Source: Podarcis erhardii (taxonomy: Eukaryota). Taken from it: a stretch of 64,000 nt of DNA. The translations under genes were made by a program, and so were the position numbers. This document shows positions 1 through 11,900 of this stretch, piece by piece. The stretch is taken from assembly GCA_964252035.1 (NCBI GenBank), contig OZ176208.1. One strand, 5' to 3'. The notes under the pieces are model-generated. The model saw only the letters and a list, made by a program, of their open reading frames with translations. It had not been told where the DNA came from and did no database searches. Positions within the stretch are counted from its first letter, which is position 1, and each line of letters opens with the position of its first letter.

Positions 1-167
1 TCATTTTATTATTTATACCCTGCCCATCTGACTGAGTTGTCCTAGGCACTCTGGGCGGCTTCCAACATATATAAAAACAATAGGAAACCATTGAACATTA
101 AATACTTCCCTATACCAGGCTGCCTTCAGATGTCTTCTAAAGGTTGTATAGTTACTTATCTCTTTGG
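1..167 (-). mobile_element. L2-like LINE 3' end fragment, cut by the window edge
   Basis: Shares 'ataccctgcccatctg..ctctgggcggct..ccaaca' and 'ggctgccttcagatgtcttctaaa' with the copies at 52180-52545 and 60874-61151. Confidence 0.65.
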
Positions 168-404
168 TTCAGGGGGTCGCATAACTCCATACCCACAAAC
201 ATTTTTCTGATGAAAACAGGGACACCCTAAGGAAAAGCAGGACATTCAGGGATCAAATCAGAAACCAGGACGGCTTCTGTCAACCTGGGACTGTCCCTGG
301 AGGGTCTGCTTGGAGGGTCTGCAATAGTGTCACAGTGGCTCTACTTGAATACCTCCTACTGTGTTTAGGATCAGAGTCCCAACATTACATAGTTTTTAAA
401 TGAC

Positions 405-633
405 ATGGCCTTTTCCTCCATGAATTTGTCTAATCCCCCTTTTAAAGCCACCCAAGCTGGTGACTGTCACTGTATGTTGTGGGAGCAAATTCCCCAGTTT
501 AATGATGTGCTGTGTGAAAGAAGCAGTTGCTGGGAACCACAGAAGGGGAGGAGTGCTCTTGTGCCTCTGTCCTTTTTGAGGACTTTTCACAAGCCCTTAT
601 CTGGGTGGCCATTATGAGAACAGCAAGCTGGAC
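405..633. mobile_element. Two CR1-like LINE 3' fragments in opposite orientations
   Basis: 405-527 is the reverse complement of the CR1 segment 'ttcacacagc..ggctttaaaagggg..gacaaattcatggagg' (compare 60600-60700). About 526-633 matches the CR1 3' UTR on + ('agttgctggg..gagtgct..ggcca..tgagaacag..gctggac'). Confidence 0.55.
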
Positions 634-2690
634 TTGTCTTTATGTTCTTTAGCACTTTATTTTGTCTGTCCTGAATCTCCCAGCATGCACAGCTTACTAC
701 AGAGGTCGGCTGAAGCTGTTCTCAGTTTTATTCCCATTTATTGCAGACAGGCAGTGAGGTTGTCTGGATCCTCCATAATAACCGAGTGTTCAAGTTATGT
801 ATCATTTCCAGAAAAAATGGCTAGAGTGGAAGCAACCAGTAGCAAAATGGGTTTGTGTAGTATAAAGGAAGTGTGGGGGGTTTTTTGGAAGGGGGGAGAA
901 GGGACAATAAATCACTCATACTGTTGCATCCCAGTAGTATCTGGTTTTGAAACAGTTGAATTAATTAGGTTAATTCCTTTCCAATATTTAGAAGTTAGGA
1001 AGGCAGACTGAGACAAACCTCATCCTAAGTCTTCCAGGCATTTCCCTTCTTAATCCATTCCACTGGCGGGAGGGATTCATCTTACTTCTTTCAAAGAAAA
1101 GAAAAGGAAAAGAAAAGAAAAGATGTGTCAAGTTGGTTTGATGCTCTCTGACAATATGGAAATAATATTCCCAGTTCAGTATGGACATAGTTACACTAAG
1201 GAATAAAGCTCTTTTCCCAGCAAATGCTGGGAATTTTAGTTCTGCGTATGATGGGCACTTGCTCAGTTTAAACAATCAAACAACGCGTCACCAACAAAGT
1301 TTTCATAAAATCTGCAGCTGGCAATTTATCTGCATGAATGCAATCAAATTATGCTGAATTATTATAGCTTGAGCAGAAATATTATTACCAAGGTCCGTCC
1401 CTGTTCCAAGCAGTTTTCCATTTGCCACACCATTTTCCTGTTCTTTGCCTTTGAATCAGAGCATATTTCAATCCACAGAAAACCCAATTGATGTATGTTC
1501 TGATTCCACAAAAAAAGGTTTTCCTATGGGAAAGCAGCAGGACAAATGGAAGTGTGGACTAGCACACCCTAGTCCTGAGAGTGGGATAAAGGAATCTCTA
1601 GCAGAGAACTATCAGTGCCTCACCAAACTATCCCTAGGATATTTTCAGTTAGAGTGGTATAAAACTAATATAGGTTGGTAGGGCAGATAAGTCCAAGCTT
1701 CTGATTTCTCTAACAGACTTTCCCCAAAGGACCAAACTCTGATGCCATTGGCAGTGAGGTGTCATCCCTCCCGATGTGAAAACGGGCTCTGTTACCTGCT
1801 ATATACATTTCTACATATACATTCCTAAAACATGTACATGTACGCACACAAGCACACACCATGCACAGTTGTGTTTTTACAGTAGGATCTGGACTGCATT
1901 GCATAAATTGTGTTTGACATGAAGTGCAGTTACAAATATTTCAAAATTGCGTGTGGGGAAAGCTCAAGAAACCCATTCCCATTGTTATCTCTTCATATTT
2001 TATTATTTTCACAGCAGTACCAAAAGCTATGCAACTAAGACCAGATTAGCAATGGAAACTTTTTCTTAGAAACAATTCCCAAAAGATGCTTGCCCATAAC
2101 TGGCCTGATAGGTATCTGAGCAAAATCAAATGTGAGTTGTCCAGCACAGCCAGGCTTCGTTTGGAGATGCATAGTTCCTAATGTTCCAAAGAACCAATAA
2201 ACATTAAAGTTGTTGGTTTTCTTTTGCCTTCTATGCACATAGATGCTTCAAAAATCCTTATCTGCATTTCTCCTTGAATTTTGGATTTTTGAATTGCTTG
2301 CTCTTGTTTCTGAAATAGAACTGATGTGTTAAGTGAACCACCAAACAAGTCTTCTGTTTTTCCATAACAAGGTCCTTGGAAGATTTTTGCGTGGGTATAT
2401 TCTGCAATATGGCATTGATGCAATAAAGGAGCAACAGAGGTGGATTTATAGTGGACCAACTAGATATCATTCTGCCTTATTGGTTGTTCTGCAATGCTTC
2501 CTCAGTGTTGTCCAATGTTTACCATCTGGAGATGCAAATTGGTAGTATAGCAGATCAAAAGCAGGAGAAAACAACAAGTGTGGAACATTGGTAGTTATAA
2601 AAAGTTGCAGGCTTTCAGCAGGAGGCTACAGGACATGGACTGACTGGAAATGAAGCTGTATGTCCACCTTGAAACATTTGCAGGTGTGGA

Positions 2691-3263
2691 TGTCAGGGAC
2701 TGGATGGATGCAGAGGAACGGTGGGAAGAACCAGCTGGGGAACCCCCAAGGGAAGAAAACTCAGACCCCAGGGATTGGTGGAGGGATGATGATGAGTGAT
2801 CAGAGAGAGATCAGAAAGATAACAGGGCTTAAAGAGCAGGGAGAGTTTGTGGCGCAGAGAAGTCCAGAATAAGAATCAGTAGCTGCAGCAGAAGAGTGGG
2901 ATGAGGGAGGCCAAGAGGCAGAGATTTCAGGCTGGGAAGTGTCTCCCCCTCCTGCTGCGATAAGCTCCCCTCCCTCCTAGTCTCCCAGAACCAGGAGAGG
3001 CATGAAAAGGGCGGAGGAGAAATTAGTCATGCGGGTGCAGTATCAGATTGCTTGGGAAAAACCCAGGAGTGGAAGGGACTTAGGCAGCTGTGGGATGGTG
3101 GGGACCTTAAGTCTCTGCAACTGCTTTGCAAGACATACCGAAGAAGAGTTGGTGTGCTCATTAGGTTTGACACTCCTGTGCAGATCCTGGGTTTTTCATT
3201 TATTTTTAATGAAGTGTTAACTCCACTTGCTTTGTGTGATTTACAGCTGGCTCACTCCTGACA
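2691..3263 (+). mobile_element. Solo-LTR-like element (573 bp) with TG..CA ends and a 7-bp flanking duplication
   Basis: Starts TGTCAGG and ends CCTGACA (7-bp inverted termini). GTGTGGA lies directly on both sides (2684-2690, 3264-3270). Purine-rich 5' half; no coding potential. Strand is tentative. Confidence 0.7.
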
Positions 3264-5769
3264 GTGTGGATGCATAGAAAGTGGGGTCGGTTGTAACCAA
3301 TCCAATACCATCAGAAGCAGAAATAATCATGAATGCACAACAAAAATGGCATCTGGATGGGGCATTTCTTATTAATTACTTGTTTTTCTCACCCCACAAC
3401 AAGAATGTTACAAGCTTTTTCTGGGCCTTGCTTGGGGACACTGGATCAAAATAGTTGATCCAGTTTTCCTTTCTACCTGCTGAGCCTTGCCACTCATAGA
3501 ATGCTGTTCTGGAGGGCCTCCAGTCTCTGAGACTAGCTGTGTGTGTGTAAACATCAGACCAATCCCAACTCCTTGGATCTCAGTCTATTTATTGAACCTC
3601 CCCTTCTTTTAAGGAGCTGAGAGCAGTATAACCAAGGTTATGAACTTGCATATAAAAATGAGAAAGGATTGGCACCATACCTGATGGGAATTTAGTAGTA
3701 ACATTTCAAACTGGAAAGAGGCTCCTACACTTTTCCTGAAGGCTTCCTGCGTGGCAAGATATGTGAATATTGTATTGACCATAGCCTGACTTACGAATGG
3801 AGCTTTACAGCTACCCAACTGAAGTACTGTATTTAGGAAAGGGATAACAGCTGCACTCAATGGAGTTTTTATTGTCCTTTCAAGTAACTCAACCCAACAG
3901 CAGCAGCAGTAAGCAAAGTGTCGTGGCAGAGCAGAGAGCAGCACAGCCCGTTTCTTGAGGTCATACTGTAAGTGCACAGTTATTTACCTTTCTGACTGCA
4001 TTGTGCTCATCATACCTGTAGATGGTGGGAACTACTCAAAGACTGCTCCCCATTTCTGTTTATAGGCATAATTCCTAAAAAATATAAATTGCCTTGTCTT
4101 CCAGAAAAAAGGCACAACATAATTTATCAGTGGACTTGATTTCAGTCTGCTCTCTGTCCTAAAGAGTCATTTAATGTAAGTAAGGAACATGCCAAATGCA
4201 CACACAATTTAGGAAAGACTTTAAGTCTATGAAAACCATTTGGAGTCACTATAGAATTGATAAATGGAGGAACTCTTACCCACAATCAGTACAATAATCC
4301 GAAAAAGCAACATTATTAAGCCTTTTTGGCAAACAAATCACCTTTAAAGGGATTTTGGAAAGACTTGGCTATCCATATATATAGAAAGAAAAGCTAAGAA
4401 CCATACTGGAAGGATTGCATTAGTGAGCCACAGTGCTAACTCTTGGAAATGAATTTTGACAAGTACTCTTGCTCAGTGCTTTTAAAACTTCTACTCTGAT
4501 TGTGGCTACTCCTCTGTGTTCATTCAGTTAAGCAGAATGTTACAGAGAGTCTTCACAGAAGCAAGGAGTCACAGAAGCTTCAGCTGGGTCATAGGTGATG
4601 TATTTACAAGGAGTGGGATTTATAAGGCAGCAATCATGAGCAATAAGCACTGAGATTTAATGGGAGGAAGACTATAAGACAGGAATGGACTGGCTAGTGA
4701 GCAGCCAGGAGAAAAAGGAATTTCTTTGGAATGATACTGGGAATTTGTACAAGGAAGTGCAATGACAGCAGTTCCAGGTCTGAGGAACCTCTGTTAGGCC
4801 TTGGTGGACTTACCAGGCAGAACCATTCCAAATTTTGTCACTTTATTTCTGCAATTTTCTGGGTTAAGGGGGCTGCGTCAGATTTTTTCTGGAATCAAAT
4901 AACATGGAAATGAGTCCTAAGCATGCACTATATTTCATACGTTTTCCAGAAGTGGCTTTTATATCATATGAAAGTTCAGATATAATGTGGAAATCAACAG
5001 GGACATACTGAGAAAATGTAATAACCTGTCATATGAATGCAGCTATTACCCGTTTCATGAAAGGAGGCAAATATAGAGGTTATCCCTGAAAGATCACTGT
5101 GTATAGGCCTATTTTGCTTTTAAACACAGACTATAAGGGGGGAAAGGTGTGAAATGAATAAGCTAAGTACTTTGAAAGCATTGTATGCTAAGTTTACATA
5201 AGCCAAGGTGTGGCCTGCTTACTTGACACACTGAAAAGGACTGTCCAGCTTTTCCACTGTGAACAAACCTGCAGATATCAATTGTGTGGACTGTGGATCT
5301 AAGGATAAGAAAAGATAAAAGTTTTGTTTTCCTGTGGCAATCAATATTGCTCTTTCATACACTTAATCTTTAGCTATTTTAAATCTTTTGTTTAGAAGGC
5401 AGATTTAGCCCATTGCCATTTATAAACATGCTATTTTCAAACAAGCCACCTTAACTATAGCAGAAGCAGTTTCTTGATGCAAATCCACCAACAAAGAACT
5501 ATCAGCATCTAGTCCAACATTATCAATGCCAGAAACGTGACAGTGGCTGCATTCAGATAGTGTTTTATTCAACTTCCCAGTGTTTTCTTACCTGATAATG
5601 TCCCTTTGCAAGGCACTGTGGGAATGTTCAGGGAGGCAGGAGAGGATATATTGTTTAATGATATCCTTCCTAACTTGCGTTAGCTAGTTCTATATCTAAG
5701 CAGAGTTTAAACATTCCCCTTTAAACGCACAGCGGTTTGCTTGTTGCAGGCTAGTTTTAGCCTCTAAAT

Positions 5770-6175
5770 ATAGGATTCCTGGTAAGATCCCCTCTTGTCC
5801 CTCTTAAAAAGAATAAACACGACGATTTTATTAAAGTCAACATAAAAGTAGTTTACTCACATTCATTCAGCTCACAGTTGGATCCCTGAAGGCAGACTTA
5901 TGTTACAAAAGAATATACACATGTGGAACTATCCCATAAGAGAGTTAGTTCCTAAGTGACTGCGAACAAGCAGTCACTTCTCCTCACACATAGAAATACA
6001 GAATGGAGAAGAGTAGAAAGAGGGAGCGGTGTGTTCCCTGCCTTGCTCTTGTTCCCAGGCAGAGAGAGGGCCAGATTAGACCATGCCCGCCTCTAGTCAC
6101 ATGCAGAGGAAGTTTGTCCCAGCTCAGGAGGAAACAGGAAGTTTTCTCCTGGTGGGTACAAAGCATCCCCTAGCA
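5770..6175 (-). mobile_element. Possible degenerate solo LTR
   Basis: Right end 'atcccctagca' resembles an LTR terminus, and the left part has a donor-like 'tttactcac' and A/T-rich polyA-like motifs. No TSD or clean left terminus found. Confidence 0.25.
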
Positions 6176-8649
6176 TGTTCACTCTAGGAATGTTGTACTT
6201 GACTGCTATGTGTTCCACATCCCACAGGCACATTCAAACTGTGCCTCCAAAGGAAGAAAGAAAAGAATCAGGAACATAGTTAGTATTGAAAGTGCACCCT
6301 GCAGAAGATGTGTTTGTGTGTGCTCTCAGGTTGCAGCCGGGTGACTGGATCCTGCTCCCACACCTGCAGTACATGAACCAAAACACAGCTGCCCATCAAA
6401 ATTGGCCAAATTTTGTGACATAGCGTTGCATCCCAAAAATGTGTACAGAAATGCATATAGTGTATTGGGGGAAGCATGCATAAAAATGCATATAAGAAGC
6501 TCACTTGTCAGTGTAGTTCTGGGACTAACCCTCTGGCCAGATCCAGTTCCAGACCCTGGTCTACACTGACCACCAGCTGCTCTCCCCAGTTTATTTGACT
6601 AGTTGTAAAGGCTTGCATTATTATTTTTTCCATAAGATTTTATTAACACTTTTTCATAATACAATATGATAAAAGAAACTCATCTTAAAAAAAAGAAAGA
6701 AAACATAGAATCTTCTCTCAAAGGTAGCTCCTAACCCATGTCACTTGCAGATAGTGGACACTCACAGTTCTCACCTGGGAGCTTTCCTTTCTTCTAGTCT
6801 CTCACCCTGGGAGATTTTCCCTTCCCTGCCTCTCACTCAGGTCCTTTCACCAACCATCCACCACCTTCATGTGTGTAATCCTTGGAACCCAATAATGGCC
6901 CAGAGGCCTGCATTAAGAAGACTGTCCAGCATATTCCAGTCCCCAACCAACTCAAGCAGTAGCATGGAAAAGATGTGGCTTGGATGCTCCAGGGAGAAAA
7001 CATCGGTTTGCACTTCCTCTTTTCTATAGGTAAATTACAGCACAGTCCTGTGCATGTCTGCTCAGGTAAATTTTACAGGATTAGTCACATTACTGTCAGC
7101 TATTGAAATGCTATGCCAAATCAATCAGGGTTAAATTAAGAAGCAACATTTGCTAGATCTATTTCAGTGACATGTATATTGGCAGTAGGAATTCAACCAT
7201 CATCTCTAAAACAGTATTAAGTTTTATAGTTTATAGTTCATGTTCAGATGCAGTTTCATTGTGGTGCATGTTTGGACTGCAGCGCTTTGTTTTCCAGAGC
7301 AAATGATAAAATAAGATTAGACTACAAGCGGAGAACTTTTTACTGGCCTTGTGCTCAAGAACGTCATGTCTGATTTTGGAATGACAAAAAAAAAGCTAAG
7401 CTATTTATTCAAGAGAGTGAATGGGAGAACTGGTGAATGTGAATGTCACAAGCGCTTGTGGTTAGAATTTCAAAGTAACATTCCAGTTTCCTGTATGCTT
7501 TCTTGCAGGAAACTGATTAATTTAGAAGCTTGACTTGTGGGCTGTTTTTTTTTTTAAAAAAAATCTGCCACACCCCATGCTTTGCTGTCACTTGCTAAAA
7601 AGTGGCCTTTCTTCTGGCTGTAGAAATGACTCCTTTCTGATTCCTAGATTTCAGAATCTAGACAGTAAACTGGTCACACAGGATAGTGTGATGAGATTCA
7701 TAGAGCTTTTATTTCTAATACCAAATCTATCTGGTCTGGTACACTATCAGTTTACGAGAGCACTGTTCTTTCCCCCATGAACCTCATGGAAACCCACCAT
7801 GATACTGGGAGATGAAGGTATAATTCAGAGAAACAAGACCAGGAAGGGTCTTTGCTTCATCTCTTAGCTGCTTGCTTATAATCCCCAATGATGCAAGATA
7901 TACACTTAATAAGCGCACTAAGCTGTGATCTTTGTAGGGATCAATGGACATAACTGCAGATTCAAGGAAACATTTAGATGAAACTGTGCGGAGAATTCAT
8001 GACAATGTGCTTCTGGAGCAGATGCTAGGAAGACAAACTGGGATACTGAGGGGTCTGCCACTTCCTCCTGAAGTATTGTGCACAGTGGGATCTAGGCTGG
8101 TGAGGGAATGGGCAGGTGACCTCTTCACCATGTGCACATTTGATTTGAGATGACAATTTATTTATTTTTTGTCAAGGATTGAGCATATGGCCAAAACCAG
8201 GTAACCTGAATCCCTGACAATGTCTCTGTTATGCTGCAACATCCAGTCTTAATTTTGATTATACCTTCAAACACCTTTGGCATGCAAAGAATATTCTCCG
8301 CCACTGAGCTGTAGCCCCTCAACATTCTTCTGTGTCACATGGAGTGTACAGAGAGGCTTTGTCCCACCCCATGCCAGGGGCGGACTTGGGTAATCTTTGG
8401 TAGCATGGTGCCCTGAATGAGCCCAAAATTTGGCATCCCGAAATGGATCTTTTCAGTGATGGATCTTCTCAATTTTGCACGCCCTCGGCTCAGCACCCTG
8501 TGCATGAGAATCGCCCACACAGCCCTAAATCCAGCATTGCCCATTTACATGTTACACATGGGGAAAGAGCCCCATGTGTATGACATGCAGAGAGTTTGGT
8601 CGGTGAGAATGGAAATCTTGCCCTTGACCAGTTTCTGGTTTGCACGGGC

Positions 8650-8998
8650 TGTTGTGACGTGGGGTTTGTGATTTCAGCTCTCTTGACATAATATGCTGGA
8701 GACAGTTCTCTAGTAACACTTCTTTATTTAAGCAACAAGACTGAAACTTGAGGAGGGGAGAGCTACATTTATAGGGACAGGGAACTAGCTAGAAAGGATA
8801 CATTTTGGAGGGAACAATATCAGGCAATCACAGTCCTGCCTTTTGGAGGCAACCAATAAGACAGAGGATCCAAATACAGCAGCTTAAATGAACCAATAGT
8901 AGCTGTACCCTCTGGAACCAAAAGGCAGTTACTTTACCCTAATGCAAATACAGACAATAATAATACAGATATAAAATCCTTTGACTCAATACACAACA
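8650..8998 (-). repeat. 3' LTR (349 bp)
   Basis: TG..CA termini. Minus-strand TATAAA at 8768-8773 and AATAAA at 8723-8728. One mismatch against the 5' LTR (8864 g vs 14736 a). Confidence 0.97.
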
Positions 8999-11900
8999 CC
9001 CCTCCCCCCCAGTGAGCACAGCAGACGTAATCTCTCAGGTACTGTGGGGTCCTACAACTTCTACTTGATCTCCTGACAACAGGTGTTGCCGGTTCTGGAT
9101 TGGGTGTCACCTGTGGTAGGGGGGCTGCTATAGGGGTTTCGTCAGGAACAGATGGAGTCCCAGACATCTCAGGGTCCCCTACCTGTACCTCGTCATCCTG
9201 AGGACTAGCAGACCCTGGTTCATTTGCTGAAGCCCCTGGTGATTGCACCTCTGGGCCATTTTCACTCTGGTCTTGCAGCTCTGCGTCGTTAGCCAGGGAT
9301 GAATTATCAGACTCCTCCCTGCTGAGCGCCCGGCGCCTCAGCTGATCTATATGTCTCTTCCAAACTTGCCCATTTTCCAAGGTCACATAATAGGACACAG
9401 GTCCACTAGCCCGGGTGACCACACCACCCACCCACCGCGAACCTCGTGAATAGTTCCTCACCCAGACCAGATCTTCAGGGGCGAAATACCTTGTTGTGTC
9501 AGTCTCAGCCTGGGGGTTTGCTCTTGAATTACGGTTTGGCATTTTATCCGGGTGGACATAATCCAGCACCGTTACCAATCTTCTACCCAAGAGCAGCTCA
9601 GCTGGCGACTTGCCCGTCGCAGTACATGGCGTCGCATGCTGCAAAAATAACATTCGCGCGATGCGAGCTGACCAGTTACCCTCCATTAAGCGCGCAATGG
9701 ATTCTTTGGCTGTTCTTACCATGCGCTCCGCCTGCCCATTGGAAGATGGGTGAAATGGCGCGGATGTGACCCCTCTTATGAAGTTATCAGCCAAGAATGC
9801 CTTGAATTCTTGGGATACAAAAGCTGCCCCATTATCTGATACAATGGTCTCAGGTAACCCGTGGGTTGCAAACAGCTGCCTCAACACCTTGATTACGGCA
9901 GCTGATGCCATGCTAGGGACCATCGCCACTTCTAACCATTTGGAATATGCATCGACGATAACCAAAAAGACCTTCCCCTGGAATGGCCCAGCAAAATCTA
10001 AGTGCAGCCGGCTCCAGGGAGATCTGGACTGCTCCCACCAGTGAACTGGTGCTCTGGCCACTTCTGGCCGCACCTCTTGGCATGCCTTGCATGTTCGTAC
10101 CCATTGCTCTATGTTCTGGTCCATTCCAGGCCACCACACATAACATCGGGCTAGCGACTTCATCCTGACCATTCCCGGGTGTCCCATGTGAAGCGTCTCA
10201 AGAACCCTGTTTCTCAGTGGTGCTGGGATGATCACCCTATCTCCCCACAGGAGACAACCCTTATGCATGGATAACTCGTGCTGCCTTGTCGCATAAGGCC
10301 TGAATTTGTCTTCATGCGGACCACCTGGCCACCCCCTCCCCACCCAAGTGAGCACACGGGAGAGAACAGCATATTTCCTCGTTTTCTCAGCAATATCAGT
10401 AGCCATTACAGGAGCCCCCGGAAGTGTTTCTAGCATCATTATGTACTCCGCTGGAGCAGGATCCTCATTGCTCCCGCCAGGAAGGGGCAATCGACTCAGC
10501 GCATCAGCGTGGCACAACCGTTTCCCCGGCACATGGGTCAATGTGTACTGGAACCCGTTCAGGAATATAGACCAACGCAACATTCTGGGGGAGAGAATTT
10601 GTGGCGTTTGTTTGTTCGGGTTGAACAACCCCAACAGTGGTTTGTGGTCCGTTTCAATGGAGAAATGACGACCGTACACATAATCATGGAACTTTTTGAT
10701 TCCTGCCACAATTGCAAGTGCCTCTTTGTCAATTTGAGCATAGTTGCGCTCCGTGGGCGACAACGTACGGGAATAGAAAGAGATGGGCTTTTCTGACCCA
10801 TCCGGTTCCCTATGACTCAGCACTGCCCCCAGGCCGTATTGAGAGGCATCACATGCCAGGACCAGCGGCTTCGATTCATCATAATGAGCAAGGACGCTCC
10901 TGCTACTCAGCATTCCTCGCAAGGAGTCAAAAGCCTTCTGCTGCTCCTGCCCCCATCGCCACACATTCTTTTTCTGCAACAGTCTATGTAATGGTTCAGC
11001 TACCGAAGCTTTCTGGGGTAAGAATGAATGATAAAAGTTAATAAGTCCCAGGAATGACTGCAACTCCGTCTTGTTCTGTGGTCGTGGTGCCTCGACGATG
11101 GCCTTAACCTTAGCATCTGTGGGGTGGATGCCTGATGCATCAATTTTAAACCCCAAGAATTCCACAGTTGGCACCCCAAAACTGCATTTTTCCTTTTTTA
11201 GTTGCAACCCCACCTCCTTGAACTTGAGCAACACTGCACGGACACGCGCAACCAGTTCCTGTGGGTCTTTTCCAGCAATCAAAACGTCATCAAAAAATGG
11301 CAAGACCCCCGGCAGACCTCTTAACAGGCGTTCCATGAGCCCTTGAAAAATCCCTGGGGCCACACAAACTCCAAATTGTAATCTGTTAACTCTGAACGCC
11401 CCTTTATGTGTGACAATAGTCTGTGCTTCCGCTGATTGTGGGGTTACTGGCAGCTGTTGGTAAGCTTGTGCCAGGTCAAGTTTGGCGAACACCTTGCCCC
11501 CAGCCAGTTTAGCCAACAGATGTGATACGACTGGAATGGGGTATGAATTTCCCCTGAGTGCCTTATTGATAGTACATTTGTAATCAGCACAGATCCTAAC
11601 TTCCCCATTTGCTTTAAGGGGCGTGACGATTGGAGTCTCCCACTTAGCGGAGTCCACGGGTGAGAGAACTCCCTGCTTGACCAATTTATCCAGCTCTGCT
11701 TCAATCTTGGGTTGCAGTGCAAATGGCACTCGCCTTGGTTTGAGTCGGATTGGGGCCACCCCAGGGTCCAATTCGAAGTCAACTGGGGGCCCTTTATAAC
11801 AACCCAGTTTTCCATTAAAGAGACCAGCAAATTCTTTGTATAATGCCTCGCTCATCTCGGGGCAGGTTTGGATTGAATTAAGCCCTGATATACTCAGTCC

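Noticed and set aside
4016-4075. Minus-strand 60-nt segment with good acceptor (ttttag) and donor (cag|gtatga)
   Set aside because: Stops in all three frames; could only be non-coding, and there is no other support.
6507-6570. 10-bp perfect inverted repeat GTCAGTGTAG / CTACACTGAC around a 44-nt spacer
   Set aside because: The motif also occurs in Squam2 bodies; no TSD and too short to call an element or pre-miRNA.
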